A program made the position numbers and the translations under genes. 64,000 nucleotides of DNA, from the NCBI GenBank assembly GCA_039818205.1, contig JBCBUK010000009.1, forward strand, positions 32,001 to 96,000, read 5' to 3'. Of the stretch, positions 1 through 10,716 are shown one piece after another; the first letter of the stretch is position 1, and every line of letters begins with the position of its first letter. Under the pieces are notes generated by a model. The model had not been told where the DNA came from, made no database searches, and saw only the letters and a list, made by a program, of their open reading frames with translations. Source of the DNA: Verrucomicrobiota bacterium. GTDB taxonomy: Bacteria > Verrucomicrobiota > Verrucomicrobiia > Opitutales > Cerasicoccaceae.

Positions 1-1
1 G

Positions 2-1006
2 CGCGCCTCGTCTGCTCAGGACATGAGCAATCTCAGCAAGGAGTTGCGAGCTTGGCTGGAGGAGACTTTTGAATTTGCGCCTGCTACGCCGATCCTCGAC
101 AAACGGTCGGGTGATGTCACCGACAAGCTTTTGCTCCAGCTTGGTGATCGTTCGTTGATCGAAACGGTGATTATTCGCGCGCCACAAAAAGGCGTCGGGC
201 AAGAGAAGTCACGCAAGACGATCTGTATCTCGACTCAGGTTGGCTGCGCCTACGGTTGCAAGTTTTGTGCGTCGGGGCTTGCCGGTTGGAAGCGTGACCT
301 CTCAACCGGAGAAATTGTCGCCCAATTAATCGAGGTCTGCCGTCGCGAGGATCCCCATACGCCGCGAGTGCGTGAGGAGTTGGCCAGCTTCGATAACCTC
401 GTTGTGATGGGTATGGGGGAGCCGTTGGCCAACTATGATAGCTTGCTGCAGGCGCTGACGATTTTGAATGCGGAGTGGGGCCTCAATTTTGGTGCCCGTC
501 GGATAACTATTTCGACCTCGGGATTAGTTCCCAAGATCTACCAGCTCGCAGAAGAGCCCATGGGATTTCGCCTTGCGATATCGTTGCATGGTGCGACCAA
601 CGAGGTTCGTGAGCAGATCATGCCGGTCAACAAGCGCTGGCCCTTGGAAGAGTTATTGCCGGCGGCAAAGGCCTTCAGCGATCAGCATGGCCGAATGATT
701 ACCCTCGAATTCATTTTGATTGCCGAGATCAATGATTCGGAGGAACAAGCCAAAGCCCTGGCGAGAATCGCCCGCAACCTGCATGCCCATGTGAATTTAA
801 TTCCTTACAATACCGTGCAGGGATTGGATTGGGTACGTCCCAGTGTCGAGAGCCAAGAAGCCTTTGTATCAATCCTGCATGACGCGAAAGTCTCCGCGAC
901 GCTTCGGCGCGAAAAGGGCCACGATATCAATGCCGCTTGTGGTCAACTGCGCCTCCAGGAGGAGCGTGAGCGCGGGGAGATTTCACCGGTGCCTGTAAAG
1001 CACTAG
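2..1006 (+). CDS. rlmN: 23S rRNA/tRNA m2A methyltransferase RlmN (radical SAM), 5'-truncated by window edge
   Basis: CISTQVGCAYGCKFC (CxxxCxxC), MGMGEP, ISLH, C-terminal DINAACGQL; frame is open from base 2 and the ORF-track Met (DMSNLSK) matches an internal conserved segment. Confidence 0.95.
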   Translation, partial: RASSAQDMSNLSKELRAWLEETFEFAPATPILDKRSGDVTDKLLLQLGDRSLIETVIIRAPQKGVGQEKSRKTICISTQVGCAYGCKFCASGLAGWKRDLSTGEIVAQLIEVCRREDPHTPRVREELASFDNLVVMGMGEPLANYDSLLQALTILNAEWGLNFGARRITISTSGLVPKIYQLAEEPMGFRLAISLHGATNEVREQIMPVNKRWPLEELLPAAKAFSDQHGRMITLEFILIAEINDSEEQAKALARIARNLHAHVNLIPYNTVQGLDWVRPSVESQEAFVSILHDAKVSATLRREKGHDINAACGQLRLQEERERGEISPVPVKH

Positions 1007-1749
1007 CGCGCGGCAAACTTGCCTTGATTACGTTTGGCGAGTTCGCGCAGAAACTCCTTACCGTGAGTCGCCTGATAGGATACCGTGTGGATAACCACGG
1101 GCTTCTCCCGGTTTAGTTGCATGGTTTCAACCATACCAAAAATAAAGTCTGGTGAACGGCTTGGAGCGCCGTCGCTTAGGAGGACGATGGTTTCAACATC
1201 TGGATCTTGGAAAGCATTTTCGAGGGCGCCGCTTACATAGGTTCCTCCTTCGGGACCTTGCCGATTTAGCCAGCTGATTGCCTCGGCCTTAAACGCCTTG
1301 GTTGCGGGCTGAATTGTTGGTTTGAGCGAGGTCGATCCATTGGAAAAAAGAATGACGTTAAAATCCGAAGGCATTTCTATATTGTCGATGACATCCTCGA
1401 GGTTGTGCAGAAGCTTCTCCCATCTGCGGCCCTCCATGCTGCCGGACTTATCGATCACAAAAACAATTCGTGAGGAACGAACGCGTATTCCCATGAATTC
1501 GAACTGAACAAAGCCTCGATCGTACTCGTTGCGCCATTTCTGAAGATAGGCTTGGTCTTCCGCGCTGAAACGATCGAAATTGACCGTTACCGTATGGTTG
1601 TCTTCTCGACGAATAACAACCTTTCCATCTGCCGGATTATAATTGACCAAGCTCGCACGAATCGTGCGTCCATCTGAACTGGTAAAAGTTCGGATTTCCT
1701 GTCCCAGAAGGGGAACCGCGAGCAATATGAAAAAAGCAATGATGCGCAT
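1003..1749 (-). CDS. Secreted SHD1-like + VWA domain protein
   Basis: Signal peptide MRIIAFFILLAVPLLG; RTFTSSDGRTIRA...FSAEDQAYL resembles SHD1; VWA MIDAS DKSGS, GGT, LLSDG. Confidence 0.8.
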   Translation of the reverse strand: MRIIAFFILLAVPLLGQEIRTFTSSDGRTIRASLVNYNPADGKVVIRREDNHTVTVNFDRFSAEDQAYLQKWRNEYDRGFVQFEFMGIRVRSSRIVFVIDKSGSMEGRRWEKLLHNLEDVIDNIEMPSDFNVILFSNGSTSLKPTIQPATKAFKAEAISWLNRQGPEGGTYVSGALENAFQDPDVETIVLLSDGAPSRSPDFIFGMVETMQLNREKPVVIHTVSYQATHGKEFLRELAKRNQGKFAAR

Positions 1750-1852
1750 CTCGCCAAATAGTATGAATTCTCAACTTTGTGAGACAAGAAATTATTCAAT
1801 ACTAATGACTAGATCTGGCCAGATGATTTCTTCGAATGAGTCGTTGCGGGGC

Positions 1853-2905
1853 TCAGTTCTCCGGGGCTTTTTCGGTAGGGTCTGGAAACTCTACGTAAAA
1901 GATACTGCCTTGTGATTCTTCACGGTTTTCTGCCCAGACTTTACCGTACATCTGTTCGACCAGCGTTTTTACGATCGAGAGACCCAGCCCAGTTGAACTT
2001 TCCCCACCCGTTGGTTTGGCGCTACCGCGGGCAAATCGGCCAAATAGTTTTTCAAGATCATTTGGTGAGAGGCCTGGACCCTGGTCGACAATGGCTACCT
2101 GCACGCCGGAATCATCATCTTTTCGGCCGACTTCGACCCGAATCGTTGAGCCACGAGGTGAGTATTTTACGGCGTTGTTGATCAGGTTATCGAGTATCTC
2201 CCAGGCACGGGTTGCGTCGCCAAAAAAAGTCGATTTTTCGACCCGCTCGACGAACTCAATTGAAATACCTTTCTTCTTTGCACCTGGGCGATTGAAGTCG
2301 ACGACATCCGCCACCAACGGATTGAGAATGACGCACGCTTGGGCGAGTTGCTGAGCACCGCTCTCCAGTGCCTCCACATTCAGCAGATCCCGAATTAGGA
2401 TCAACATGTGGTTAGCGCTGTCCTGGATGTCACCCAACATTGCGGTCATCCGCACTTTTCGTTCTTCTGGCAAATCCTCGAGGCTTTCGAGATCTTCTTC
2501 AATGAGCTCGGCCATGCCACGAATACTGCTAAGCGGATTTTTAAGGTCATGAGCCGCAATGCCCAGAAACTCTGATTTACGATAGTTCGCGGATTCTGCG
2601 CGGCCTTGGGCGGCCTCGGCCGTGGCTTTGGCTTCGGTGAGCTCCTTTTCCGCGACGTGCCGTTGGTGAATCTCATACTTGAGGGATAGGCGCCAGATGA
2701 GGATTACCATAACGACGATCAGGATCACCACGCTGATGTTGAATGTCAGCGTCGCAGGCATAGCCGGTGCTAACACAGCATTAGCTGCGTTGGCGCCAGA
2801 GATATTCAGTAGGAGGCAAATGCTTGTTGTCCAAAGGCTTCTCAACGGCACATAAATCGGCTGCTGGGTTGTATCCTTTAGCAAATAAATGCATTTTGAG
2901 CGCAT
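1853..2905 (-). CDS. Sensor histidine kinase (HisKA + HATPase_c); start uncertain
   Basis: H-box AAHDLKNPL, N-box DNLINNAVKYS, DQGPG, GLGLSIVK; one hydrophobic TM segment. Confidence 0.9.
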   Translation of the reverse strand: MRSKCIYLLKDTTQQPIYVPLRSLWTTSICLLLNISGANAANAVLAPAMPATLTFNISVVILIVVMVILIWRLSLKYEIHQRHVAEKELTEAKATAEAAQGRAESANYRKSEFLGIAAHDLKNPLSSIRGMAELIEEDLESLEDLPEERKVRMTAMLGDIQDSANHMLILIRDLLNVEALESGAQQLAQACVILNPLVADVVDFNRPGAKKKGISIEFVERVEKSTFFGDATRAWEILDNLINNAVKYSPRGSTIRVEVGRKDDDSGVQVAIVDQGPGLSPNDLEKLFGRFARGSAKPTGGESSTGLGLSIVKTLVEQMYGKVWAENREESQGSIFYVEFPDPTEKAPEN

Positions 2906-2948
2906 GTTTATTCGAAATAGGCTGTCTACCCGGGTTTGCTAATACTGG

Positions 2949-4142
2949 TCAATCATTAGTTGCCCCAGAAACACAGTTTGCCTGAGAACGCCCTTTCCAC
3001 TGGCCGCCAACGCCCAAATGGTAGCGACGGGCACTGTCTATCGTTGCCATTAGGTAGAATAACGCCGTGGCTGGCAGAGCAAATACGATTAGGAAACTGC
3101 GGGCAGTTTTCTGATTGTTGTAGAATCGGACCATGGGCCAAAAAGTCACGATCATGGCAAGCCAGGCCAACAATCCAGGAGCCAGAATTCCGATCTGGCC
3201 GAATATTAGCCCGATGGCAATTGCCGCCCAAGGCACCAAAAAGGTAAGGCCGAGCCCCAGAACACACCCAAGGAGAATGAGCGGATTGTGTCTTAGCTGA
3301 GTGTAGGCTGAACGCGCAATCATTGTCCAGAGTCCACTAAAATTGCCGTAACCTCGGGCGCTAACTGTTTCGCGAGTGAGTTCCAGCCAAAGCGATCCGC
3401 CAGAATCCTTCACTTCTCGCGCGAGCGTGCAGTCGTCAATCAGGGCGTCTCGGATGGCGTCTACACCGCCAATCCGGGCCAACCGATCCGCGCGAAGAAG
3501 CACGCAGCCACCAGCCGCCGCCGCGAAGAATGGGGAAGGTGAATTGCTCCAGCGGAACGGGTAGAGCATTTGGAAAAAGTAGACAAACGCAGGAATGATG
3601 AACTGCTCGGCAATGGTGTCGGTCTTGAGTAGTGCCATTCGCGAAACGAGATCGCGCTGGTCGCCTTCAGCACGTTTGACTAACTGTTCTAACGTGTTCG
3701 GCTGGTGGAGGATATCAGCATCGGTGAACCAGATGAAGTCTGGCGACATCTCGCTGGGTAGCTCAGAGCCTTGTTTCATAGCCCAGACTTTGCCGGCCCA
3801 GCCACGGGGAAGCGGTTGTCCGGCCAGCACGGTCAATCGAAGATCCTTTTGTGCGGCCTCTGCCGCCTGGATGCTCGTGTCGTCGTCGCTATTGTCATCC
3901 ACCACGATCAACTCCAGCGGGCCTGGGTAGGTTTGGCCAAGAACGGCGCGGACAGTGTCGGCGATGACTTCCGCTTCGTTCCGCGCTGGCACCACTACGC
4001 GGACGCGGGGCCAACCGTCTGGCTCCGTTGGACTCCAGGATGGCGTTGGCGGGATTGCGGTGGTCCAAAACCGACCATGCAGTAGGCTCAGGTAGATCCA
4101 GCTGATCAACGAAAGTATCGCGATCCCAGAAAGTATCGACAT
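2949..4142 (-). CDS. GT2 membrane glycosyltransferase, HpnB-like
   Basis: VVVPARNEA, VVDDNSDD, GWAGKVWAM, FTDADI, AAAGGCVL, LIDDC, ARSAYTQL, C-terminal GGQWKGR. Confidence 0.8.
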   Translation of the reverse strand: MSILSGIAILSLISWIYLSLLHGRFWTTAIPPTPSWSPTEPDGWPRVRVVVPARNEAEVIADTVRAVLGQTYPGPLELIVVDDNSDDDTSIQAAEAAQKDLRLTVLAGQPLPRGWAGKVWAMKQGSELPSEMSPDFIWFTDADILHQPNTLEQLVKRAEGDQRDLVSRMALLKTDTIAEQFIIPAFVYFFQMLYPFRWSNSPSPFFAAAAGGCVLLRADRLARIGGVDAIRDALIDDCTLAREVKDSGGSLWLELTRETVSARGYGNFSGLWTMIARSAYTQLRHNPLILLGCVLGLGLTFLVPWAAIAIGLIFGQIGILAPGLLAWLAMIVTFWPMVRFYNNQKTARSFLIVFALPATALFYLMATIDSARRYHLGVGGQWKGRSQANCVSGATND

Positions 4143-4168
4143 TGGAAGGTCCGCTGGCGGGGAGACGG

Positions 4169-4744
4169 CTAGGCGTTGCCTGACTTCATCTCCTCGAGCT
4201 GAGGTTTGATTACTCGGTCGTAATAGTCCGGGTCGATACCATGGGAAACCTTCAGGCCAAGATGGCGCTCAATGAATTCCTCGATCGTTTGCCAACCTTC
4301 GTCGGGGAAATTGATCTTCTTAGTGTAGGCACACATGGTGAGGATGTTTTCCAGCGATTTGATGCGGGAAGTGCTTTCAAGGATGCGTTCAGCGACGCGT
4401 AAGCGCATGTGTAATTGATTGCGGTCCAATGGTTTACTGAGGAAGTCGTCGACCCCTGTATCCATTGCTTGAACGTAGTTTTGCTCATCCGCAACATTCG
4501 CGGTGAGCATGATGAAATAGGTATAATCGGTATTCGGGCGTTCGCGGATTCGCTTAAGGAAGCCCAGACCATCCAAATTCGGCATCAGCCAATCGCTAAC
4601 GACGATTCGGGTCGGGCAGGCATCAAAGATTCGGAACGCCTCCTCTCCATCGTTGGCAACTGTGACTTGATATCCCATCTGCTCGAGATTCGTCTTAAGC
4701 AAATTCTGCGAGATGATATCGTCTTCAGCGATGAGAACGTTCAT
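4169..4744 (-). CDS. Response regulator (receiver + short C-terminal domain)
   Basis: MNVLIAEDD, VSDWLMP, MLTA, DDFLSKP; start moved to ATG at 4744. Confidence 0.9.
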   Translation of the reverse strand: MNVLIAEDDIISQNLLKTNLEQMGYQVTVANDGEEAFRIFDACPTRIVVSDWLMPNLDGLGFLKRIRERPNTDYTYFIMLTANVADEQNYVQAMDTGVDDFLSKPLDRNQLHMRLRVAERILESTSRIKSLENILTMCAYTKKINFPDEGWQTIEEFIERHLGLKVSHGIDPDYYDRVIKPQLEEMKSGNA

Positions 4745-4812
4745 GGTGTGTGTTCTAGGCGTTCTGCGGTGTGATTGCACGCCTAATCAATCGGGGCCTA
4801 AATAGGGAATTC

Positions 4813-5247
4813 TCAGCCGTCGACCTTGGATGTCTGGTTCAGGCAATGTTGGGCAAAGGCCTGGATTTTTTTCCAGACATTGGAAAGACCATTACGGCGG
4901 TTGGGCGTCAGGTGCTGCGTGATTCCGACTTCGGCAAGAAATTCGGGCTCGACCGCGAGGATGTCCTCCGGCGGGAATCCACTATACAGTTCGGTTAATA
5001 GCCCCGCGATTCCTTTGGTAATGACTGCATCGGAATCGGTCGAAAACTGGCAGAGGCCGTTCTCGAAGCGGGGGACCAGCCAGAGTTGGGACTGGCAGCC
5101 TTCGATGCGGAAGGCTTCGACTTTGAATTCGTCGGTAAGGCCGGGCAGATTGCGCGCATTATCGATAATGTAGGCAAAACGTTCCTGCGGATCCTCAATG
5201 ATCGACAGGTCCTCGACTAGTTCATCACGTTTTTCCGTCAGTGTCAT
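4813..5247 (-). CDS. sufE: SufE-family sulfur acceptor
   Basis: IEGCQSQLWL, DSDAVITKGIAGLL, HLTPNRRNGL. Confidence 0.92.
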   Translation of the reverse strand: MTLTEKRDELVEDLSIIEDPQERFAYIIDNARNLPGLTDEFKVEAFRIEGCQSQLWLVPRFENGLCQFSTDSDAVITKGIAGLLTELYSGFPPEDILAVEPEFLAEVGITQHLTPNRRNGLSNVWKKIQAFAQHCLNQTSKVDG

Positions 5248-5319
5248 AAAATTCCAACCAATTGATTATTTTGCACACAGTTCGACATCCGGTGCAAAAA
5301 GAGACAAATTACCGGTAAG

Positions 5320-5898
5320 CTAGCACCACTCAGGTGGATTTTGCAATTCAGGACGCAAAACGCCGATACAGGGAAGGTTGCGATAGCGTTCAGCAAAATC
5401 TAGGCCATAGCCGACGACAAACGCCTGCGGGATTTTGAACCCGCTGTAATGCGCTTTATAGGTTTTGTTGCGGCGCCCTTCCTTGTCTAGTAACACGCAG
5501 GTTTGCAGGGAAGCGGGCTGCATCCCTTTAAGGATACCGACCAGCTTCTTAAGCGTGCCACCAGTGTCTAAAATATCATCCACGAGCAATACGTGCTCTC
5601 CCTCAATGTTGAGGCGAATGTTGTCAATGATTTCGGGTTCCGTGACCGGCTGGGTATCATCCTGATATGAAGATACCCGGATGCAATCAAGCCGGGTGTG
5701 CACGTTGAGTTGGCGTAGCAAGTCGGCTACAAAGATGATTGCCCCGTTGGTGACCGCGACAACGACAATCTCCTCGATACCTTGCCCGAGGTAATCCGCA
5801 GTGATGCGTTCGCCAAGTTCGGCAATGCGATCGCGGAGCCTTGTTTCGTCAACGAGGATATCGTCGAGATCTTCTAGCAGGCTGAGGCCGGTCATCAT
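5320..5898 (-). CDS. hpt: Hypoxanthine phosphoribosyltransferase
   Basis: [18 protein letters not shown] loop, [21 protein letters not shown]. Confidence 0.93.
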   Translation of the reverse strand: MMTGLSLLEDLDDILVDETRLRDRIAELGERITADYLGQGIEEIVVVAVTNGAIIFVADLLRQLNVHTRLDCIRVSSYQDDTQPVTEPEIIDNIRLNIEGEHVLLVDDILDTGGTLKKLVGILKGMQPASLQTCVLLDKEGRRNKTYKAHYSGFKIPQAFVVGYGLDFAERYRNLPCIGVLRPELQNPPEWC

Positions 5899-6614
5899 TT
5901 CGTTTTTTTGGCGTAAGTAGTTGGGAATCGCTTTTTCGCACTTACCAGAGCGTCTTTGATGTCGTCGGATAGGCGAGGAGCACCAGGCAGATCCCGTGCG
6001 ATTAATAGTATATCAATACAGCGTTTTTCCCGTTGTTCAAGAAACCAATGCCCGGCGTAGTAGTAGACGGTGCGCTTGTAATTGTCGTCGTAATTTTCTG
6101 GCCGAGACTCAATGTCTTTTATGAGCCAGTTGAAGTCGGTGTCCGCGACATCACTTCGACCGAGGAAACTGGGACTCCGAGCCGCATTGGCACCGCGGAT
6201 AAGGCGGAGATCTTGATTGTCCGGATTCGCAGTTACCACCTCGTCTAGGATCGTGTAGCCTTCTTCGACATAATCGAGCTTTGAAAAAATGGACGCGTAT
6301 TGGGCCTTCATAACCGTGCAGCTTCCTAGCATGGCCTTCGCCTTAAGGTTAGCTGGCTGATCCTGTAAGATGCTGCGCATGATGGTGATCGCCCGCTCAA
6401 GCGCATCTTCATCTCCGGTAATCGCCTTCTCATTGTAGGCAATCCCAAGATCGTAGCGGATTTCAAGGTCGTCTGGATTCGCTGCGGCTTTCTTTTCTAA
6501 GGCCTCGATACTCACATCTTCGCCGGTCTGCTGGTCAACGGTCTGTTCGGCGAAAACTATCTGGGTGATCAACCATCCAGAAAGGGTTAATGCGAGTAGG
6601 CGAAGTCGAAACAT
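5895..6614 (-). CDS. Secreted TPR-like helical protein (start 6614 or upstream TTG 6653)
   Basis: Signal peptide [25 protein letters not shown]-like repeats ([29 protein letters not shown]); overlaps hpt start. Confidence 0.7.
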   Translation of the reverse strand: MFRLRLLALTLSGWLITQIVFAEQTVDQQTGEDVSIEALEKKAAANPDDLEIRYDLGIAYNEKAITGDEDALERAITIMRSILQDQPANLKAKAMLGSCTVMKAQYASIFSKLDYVEEGYTILDEVVTANPDNQDLRLIRGANAARSPSFLGRSDVADTDFNWLIKDIESRPENYDDNYKRTVYYYAGHWFLEQREKRCIDILLIARDLPGAPRLSDDIKDALVSAKKRFPTTYAKKTK

Positions 6615-6776
6615 AAAACTAGGGGATCGTGCCGAAGTGGCGTTCAGTGTCAACGAGAAGAATGGTTAACCTGGGTTTGTGAGGTATTAGTATTACCACT
6701 TATCTTAAGGAAATACACTCCCTAATGGGTTCGCTCATCAATTTCCCAAACGCCCGGGATTGATCGAGTGGATAGC

Positions 6777-8705
6777 CTATCGATAAATTGCTAGGAGGTC
6801 GTCTTGGCCGTGCTCGCGGAAATATTCTTCCAGCACCGCCTTGGCGACAGGAGCCGCCGTTGCGCCGCCAGCGTAGCGATCTCCCGGTTTGAGACCTTCG
6901 ACGATTACCGCAATGGCAATCTGAGGATTCTCCACGGGGGCGAAGCCCACAAACCAAGCTAGGGTCAGTTTATCGCCCGGTCGCTTGACCTGGGCAGTGC
7001 CGGTTTTTCCGGCGATTCGAATATCTTCAATCATGGCGTGCCGCCCGGTGCCCGTTGGGCTGATCACGCGTTCCATGCCCTCAAATAGCTTCTCGTATTG
7101 TAGGTCACTGAGGCCGATTGGTTCCCCGCCGTGGTCGATTATCTCGTTGGGCTTTCGCTTGAGAATGGTGACGTCGGTGCGCGTCTCCCGCCGAGCGATT
7201 GATGCGGTGACCGCAGCCATTTGGAGTGGTGTAATCAGGAGGTCACCTTGGCCGATGGCGACATTCGCGGTGTCACCAGGGCGCCAACCGAATCCGCGAA
7301 CATTGCGACTCCATTCCTTGTCGGGGATCAACATCCGGGTGGCTTCATAGGGAAGTTCGATTCCCGTTTGCTCATCGAGCCCAAATCGGCGCGCTTCTGC
7401 GGAAATGTTGGCGATTGTTGTCCGAATGCCCATGTCGTAGAAATAGACGTTTGAGCTCTTCTCGATCGCTTTGGCCAAATCAATATCGTGGTAGGGCCCG
7501 CCGGTGTGCTCAGGAAACAGGCGATTGCCGACGCGGAAATATTGGCCGCCGGTGACTTGTTCCTCGGGATCGATCGTGCCTGCGCGCATGCCGGCAATTG
7601 CCGAAATCAGCTTAAATGTTGACCCGGGCGGGTAGAGGCCCTTCGTCGCACGATTCAGCCAAGCGCCACGATCGGTAATGTCTTTGGCGACTCCATGAGT
7701 CAGGTGCGGACTAAAATCATTCAGGTCGTAGGCTGGTTTGCTGGCAAGGACAAGCACTTCTCCGGTATCAACCTTGATCGCGACAACGGCTCCAGTGCGG
7801 TCCCCCAAAGCCTTCTCGGCTGCCAGTTGCAGGTCGATGTCCAGGCTCGTATGAACATGGCCACCCTGTTCGGCGTTCAGCTGGGCAATCGGTTCGCCAT
7901 ATTGGTATTGGAAATTATCGACGACGTGAACCTCGCCGCCACTCTGTCCCTGCAAGACCTCGTCATATTGCTTTTCGACGCCGTTGATGCCAACTTCTCC
8001 TTTGTAACTGTAGGTGCGCAGGTTTTCCCCGGGTAGGTCAGCGGGCGGTACTTGCCAGCTGCCACGCACGTAACCCAGGGTGTGGGCAGCGGCATCCTGA
8101 TGCGGATAGTCGCGAGCGGTATCCGTGTAGATGCCGATTTTTGAGCCGAGCGGCAGCTGTTCAATCAGGCGGGCGTAGTCGGCTTGAGGCAGGTCGCTGA
8201 CCAGCTCGAAAGGCATTAACAAGCGTTCGCCGAAGTGGCGGCGAATGTCCCGGCGACTCAACTTGTGGTCGGTCCCAAGGATGTAATTTATCTCGTCCAG
8301 ATAGCGATTGAGCACGTTTTCCCGCGCTTGCCAGAGGGTTTCCTCCCAATCAAAGGTAAAGGGCTCATCCGTTTCTGAAAGCTCATGGTTTTCCTGGAGA
8401 GATCGTTTGATTGAATAGTATTCCTTCTGAAACTCCTTTCGCAGCTCTTCAAGGTAAACGACAGCCGAAAAGCGGGGCCGATTACCGACTAGCAGTTTGC
8501 CTGAAATGTCGTATATATTTCCGCGCGGTCCTGGTTGGATTACTCGTCGTTGGCTTTGTCGCAACTCCCGTTCCCGATATTCGGTATGCATTAAGAGTTG
8601 CCGCCAGGCCAAGCCGGAGCCAAGCACCAGAAACAGAATGCTGAAAACGACATAAAATACCCCGAGTCGCGGGTTACTTTGCCGATAGTGATGGACAACT
8701 TGCAC
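6777..8705 (-). CDS. mrdA: Penicillin-binding protein 2 (class B transpeptidase)
   Basis: N-terminal TM, PRGNIYD, YPPGSTFK (SxxK), SSN, AGKTGTAQ, AWFVGFAP. Confidence 0.92.
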   Translation of the reverse strand: MQVVHHYRQSNPRLGVFYVVFSILFLVLGSGLAWRQLLMHTEYRERELRQSQRRVIQPGPRGNIYDISGKLLVGNRPRFSAVVYLEELRKEFQKEYYSIKRSLQENHELSETDEPFTFDWEETLWQARENVLNRYLDEINYILGTDHKLSRRDIRRHFGERLLMPFELVSDLPQADYARLIEQLPLGSKIGIYTDTARDYPHQDAAAHTLGYVRGSWQVPPADLPGENLRTYSYKGEVGINGVEKQYDEVLQGQSGGEVHVVDNFQYQYGEPIAQLNAEQGGHVHTSLDIDLQLAAEKALGDRTGAVVAIKVDTGEVLVLASKPAYDLNDFSPHLTHGVAKDITDRGAWLNRATKGLYPPGSTFKLISAIAGMRAGTIDPEEQVTGGQYFRVGNRLFPEHTGGPYHDIDLAKAIEKSSNVYFYDMGIRTTIANISAEARRFGLDEQTGIELPYEATRMLIPDKEWSRNVRGFGWRPGDTANVAIGQGDLLITPLQMAAVTASIARRETRTDVTILKRKPNEIIDHGGEPIGLSDLQYEKLFEGMERVISPTGTGRHAMIEDIRIAGKTGTAQVKRPGDKLTLAWFVGFAPVENPQIAIAVIVEGLKPGDRYAGGATAAPVAKAVLEEYFREHGQDDLLAIYR

Positions 8706-9174
8706 GTTTACGTTCGGAACCTAAATTTCTCCCTTTTAAAGACAATCAATTCTCGCTCACGTTCAATTCTATATTCCTTTGGAGTAGATTCAAATGGCCT
8801 CAGTGGTAGAGTGGGGCGGTGAAAATGAAAATATTTTTTTATGGAGTCAGTTTTATAAGTATATGATTGGCAGTTGATTGTGGTTTAAGGGTTGGCTTCT
8901 TGAAACGTCTTAAAATCCGATTTCGCCAGTGCTTGCCTGGTGCCTAGCGGGAGCCGAACTGGTGTTTTGCGAACTTTTTAGCGAATTGAGGTGCTCAAAT
9001 TTGGGCAATAACCGAATCTCAGGTTAAAAAGACCCATGAGAGTGGTTCATGTCTTAGTTGATCTGGGGTGCAAGCCCCTCATGTTCAGATTTTATGGGAG
9101 CTGCGCGTGATATGAATGCTATTCATGTAAAACATGAGATTAATATCGCGGTGATAATTGATCATTCGATCGGG

Positions 9175-9191
9175 TTGGCATGGCTGGTGCA
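9175..9191 (+). promoter_or_regulatory. Sigma54 (-24/-12) promoter of nitrate operon
   Basis: TTGGCATGGCTGGTGCA, GG-N10-GC, close to consensus YTGGCACGRNNNTTGCW, 46 nt upstream of the nrtA ATG. Confidence 0.75.
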
Positions 9192-9237
9192 ATAAGGGGC
9201 GCAATTCACACTGAATTTATACCCAAACACGACACAC

Positions 9238-10599
<1,362 letters not shown>

Positions 10600-10625
10600 T
10601 TATTTAAGTCCTCAAAACGTCCTGA

Positions 10626-10655
10626 GCCCGGTGGCAATGTCCACTGCCACCGGGC
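10626..10655 (+). other. Intercistronic hairpin after nrtA (probable mRNA stabiliser or attenuator)
   Basis: Perfect 11-bp stem GCCCGGTGGCA-ATGTCCAC-TGCCACCGGGC; no U-tract. Confidence 0.6.
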
Positions 10656-10716
10656 CACGGGATTCACTCACAAAGTCACTCACGTGAATTTCTCACACAA
10701 ACGCTGACCGTTTTTC

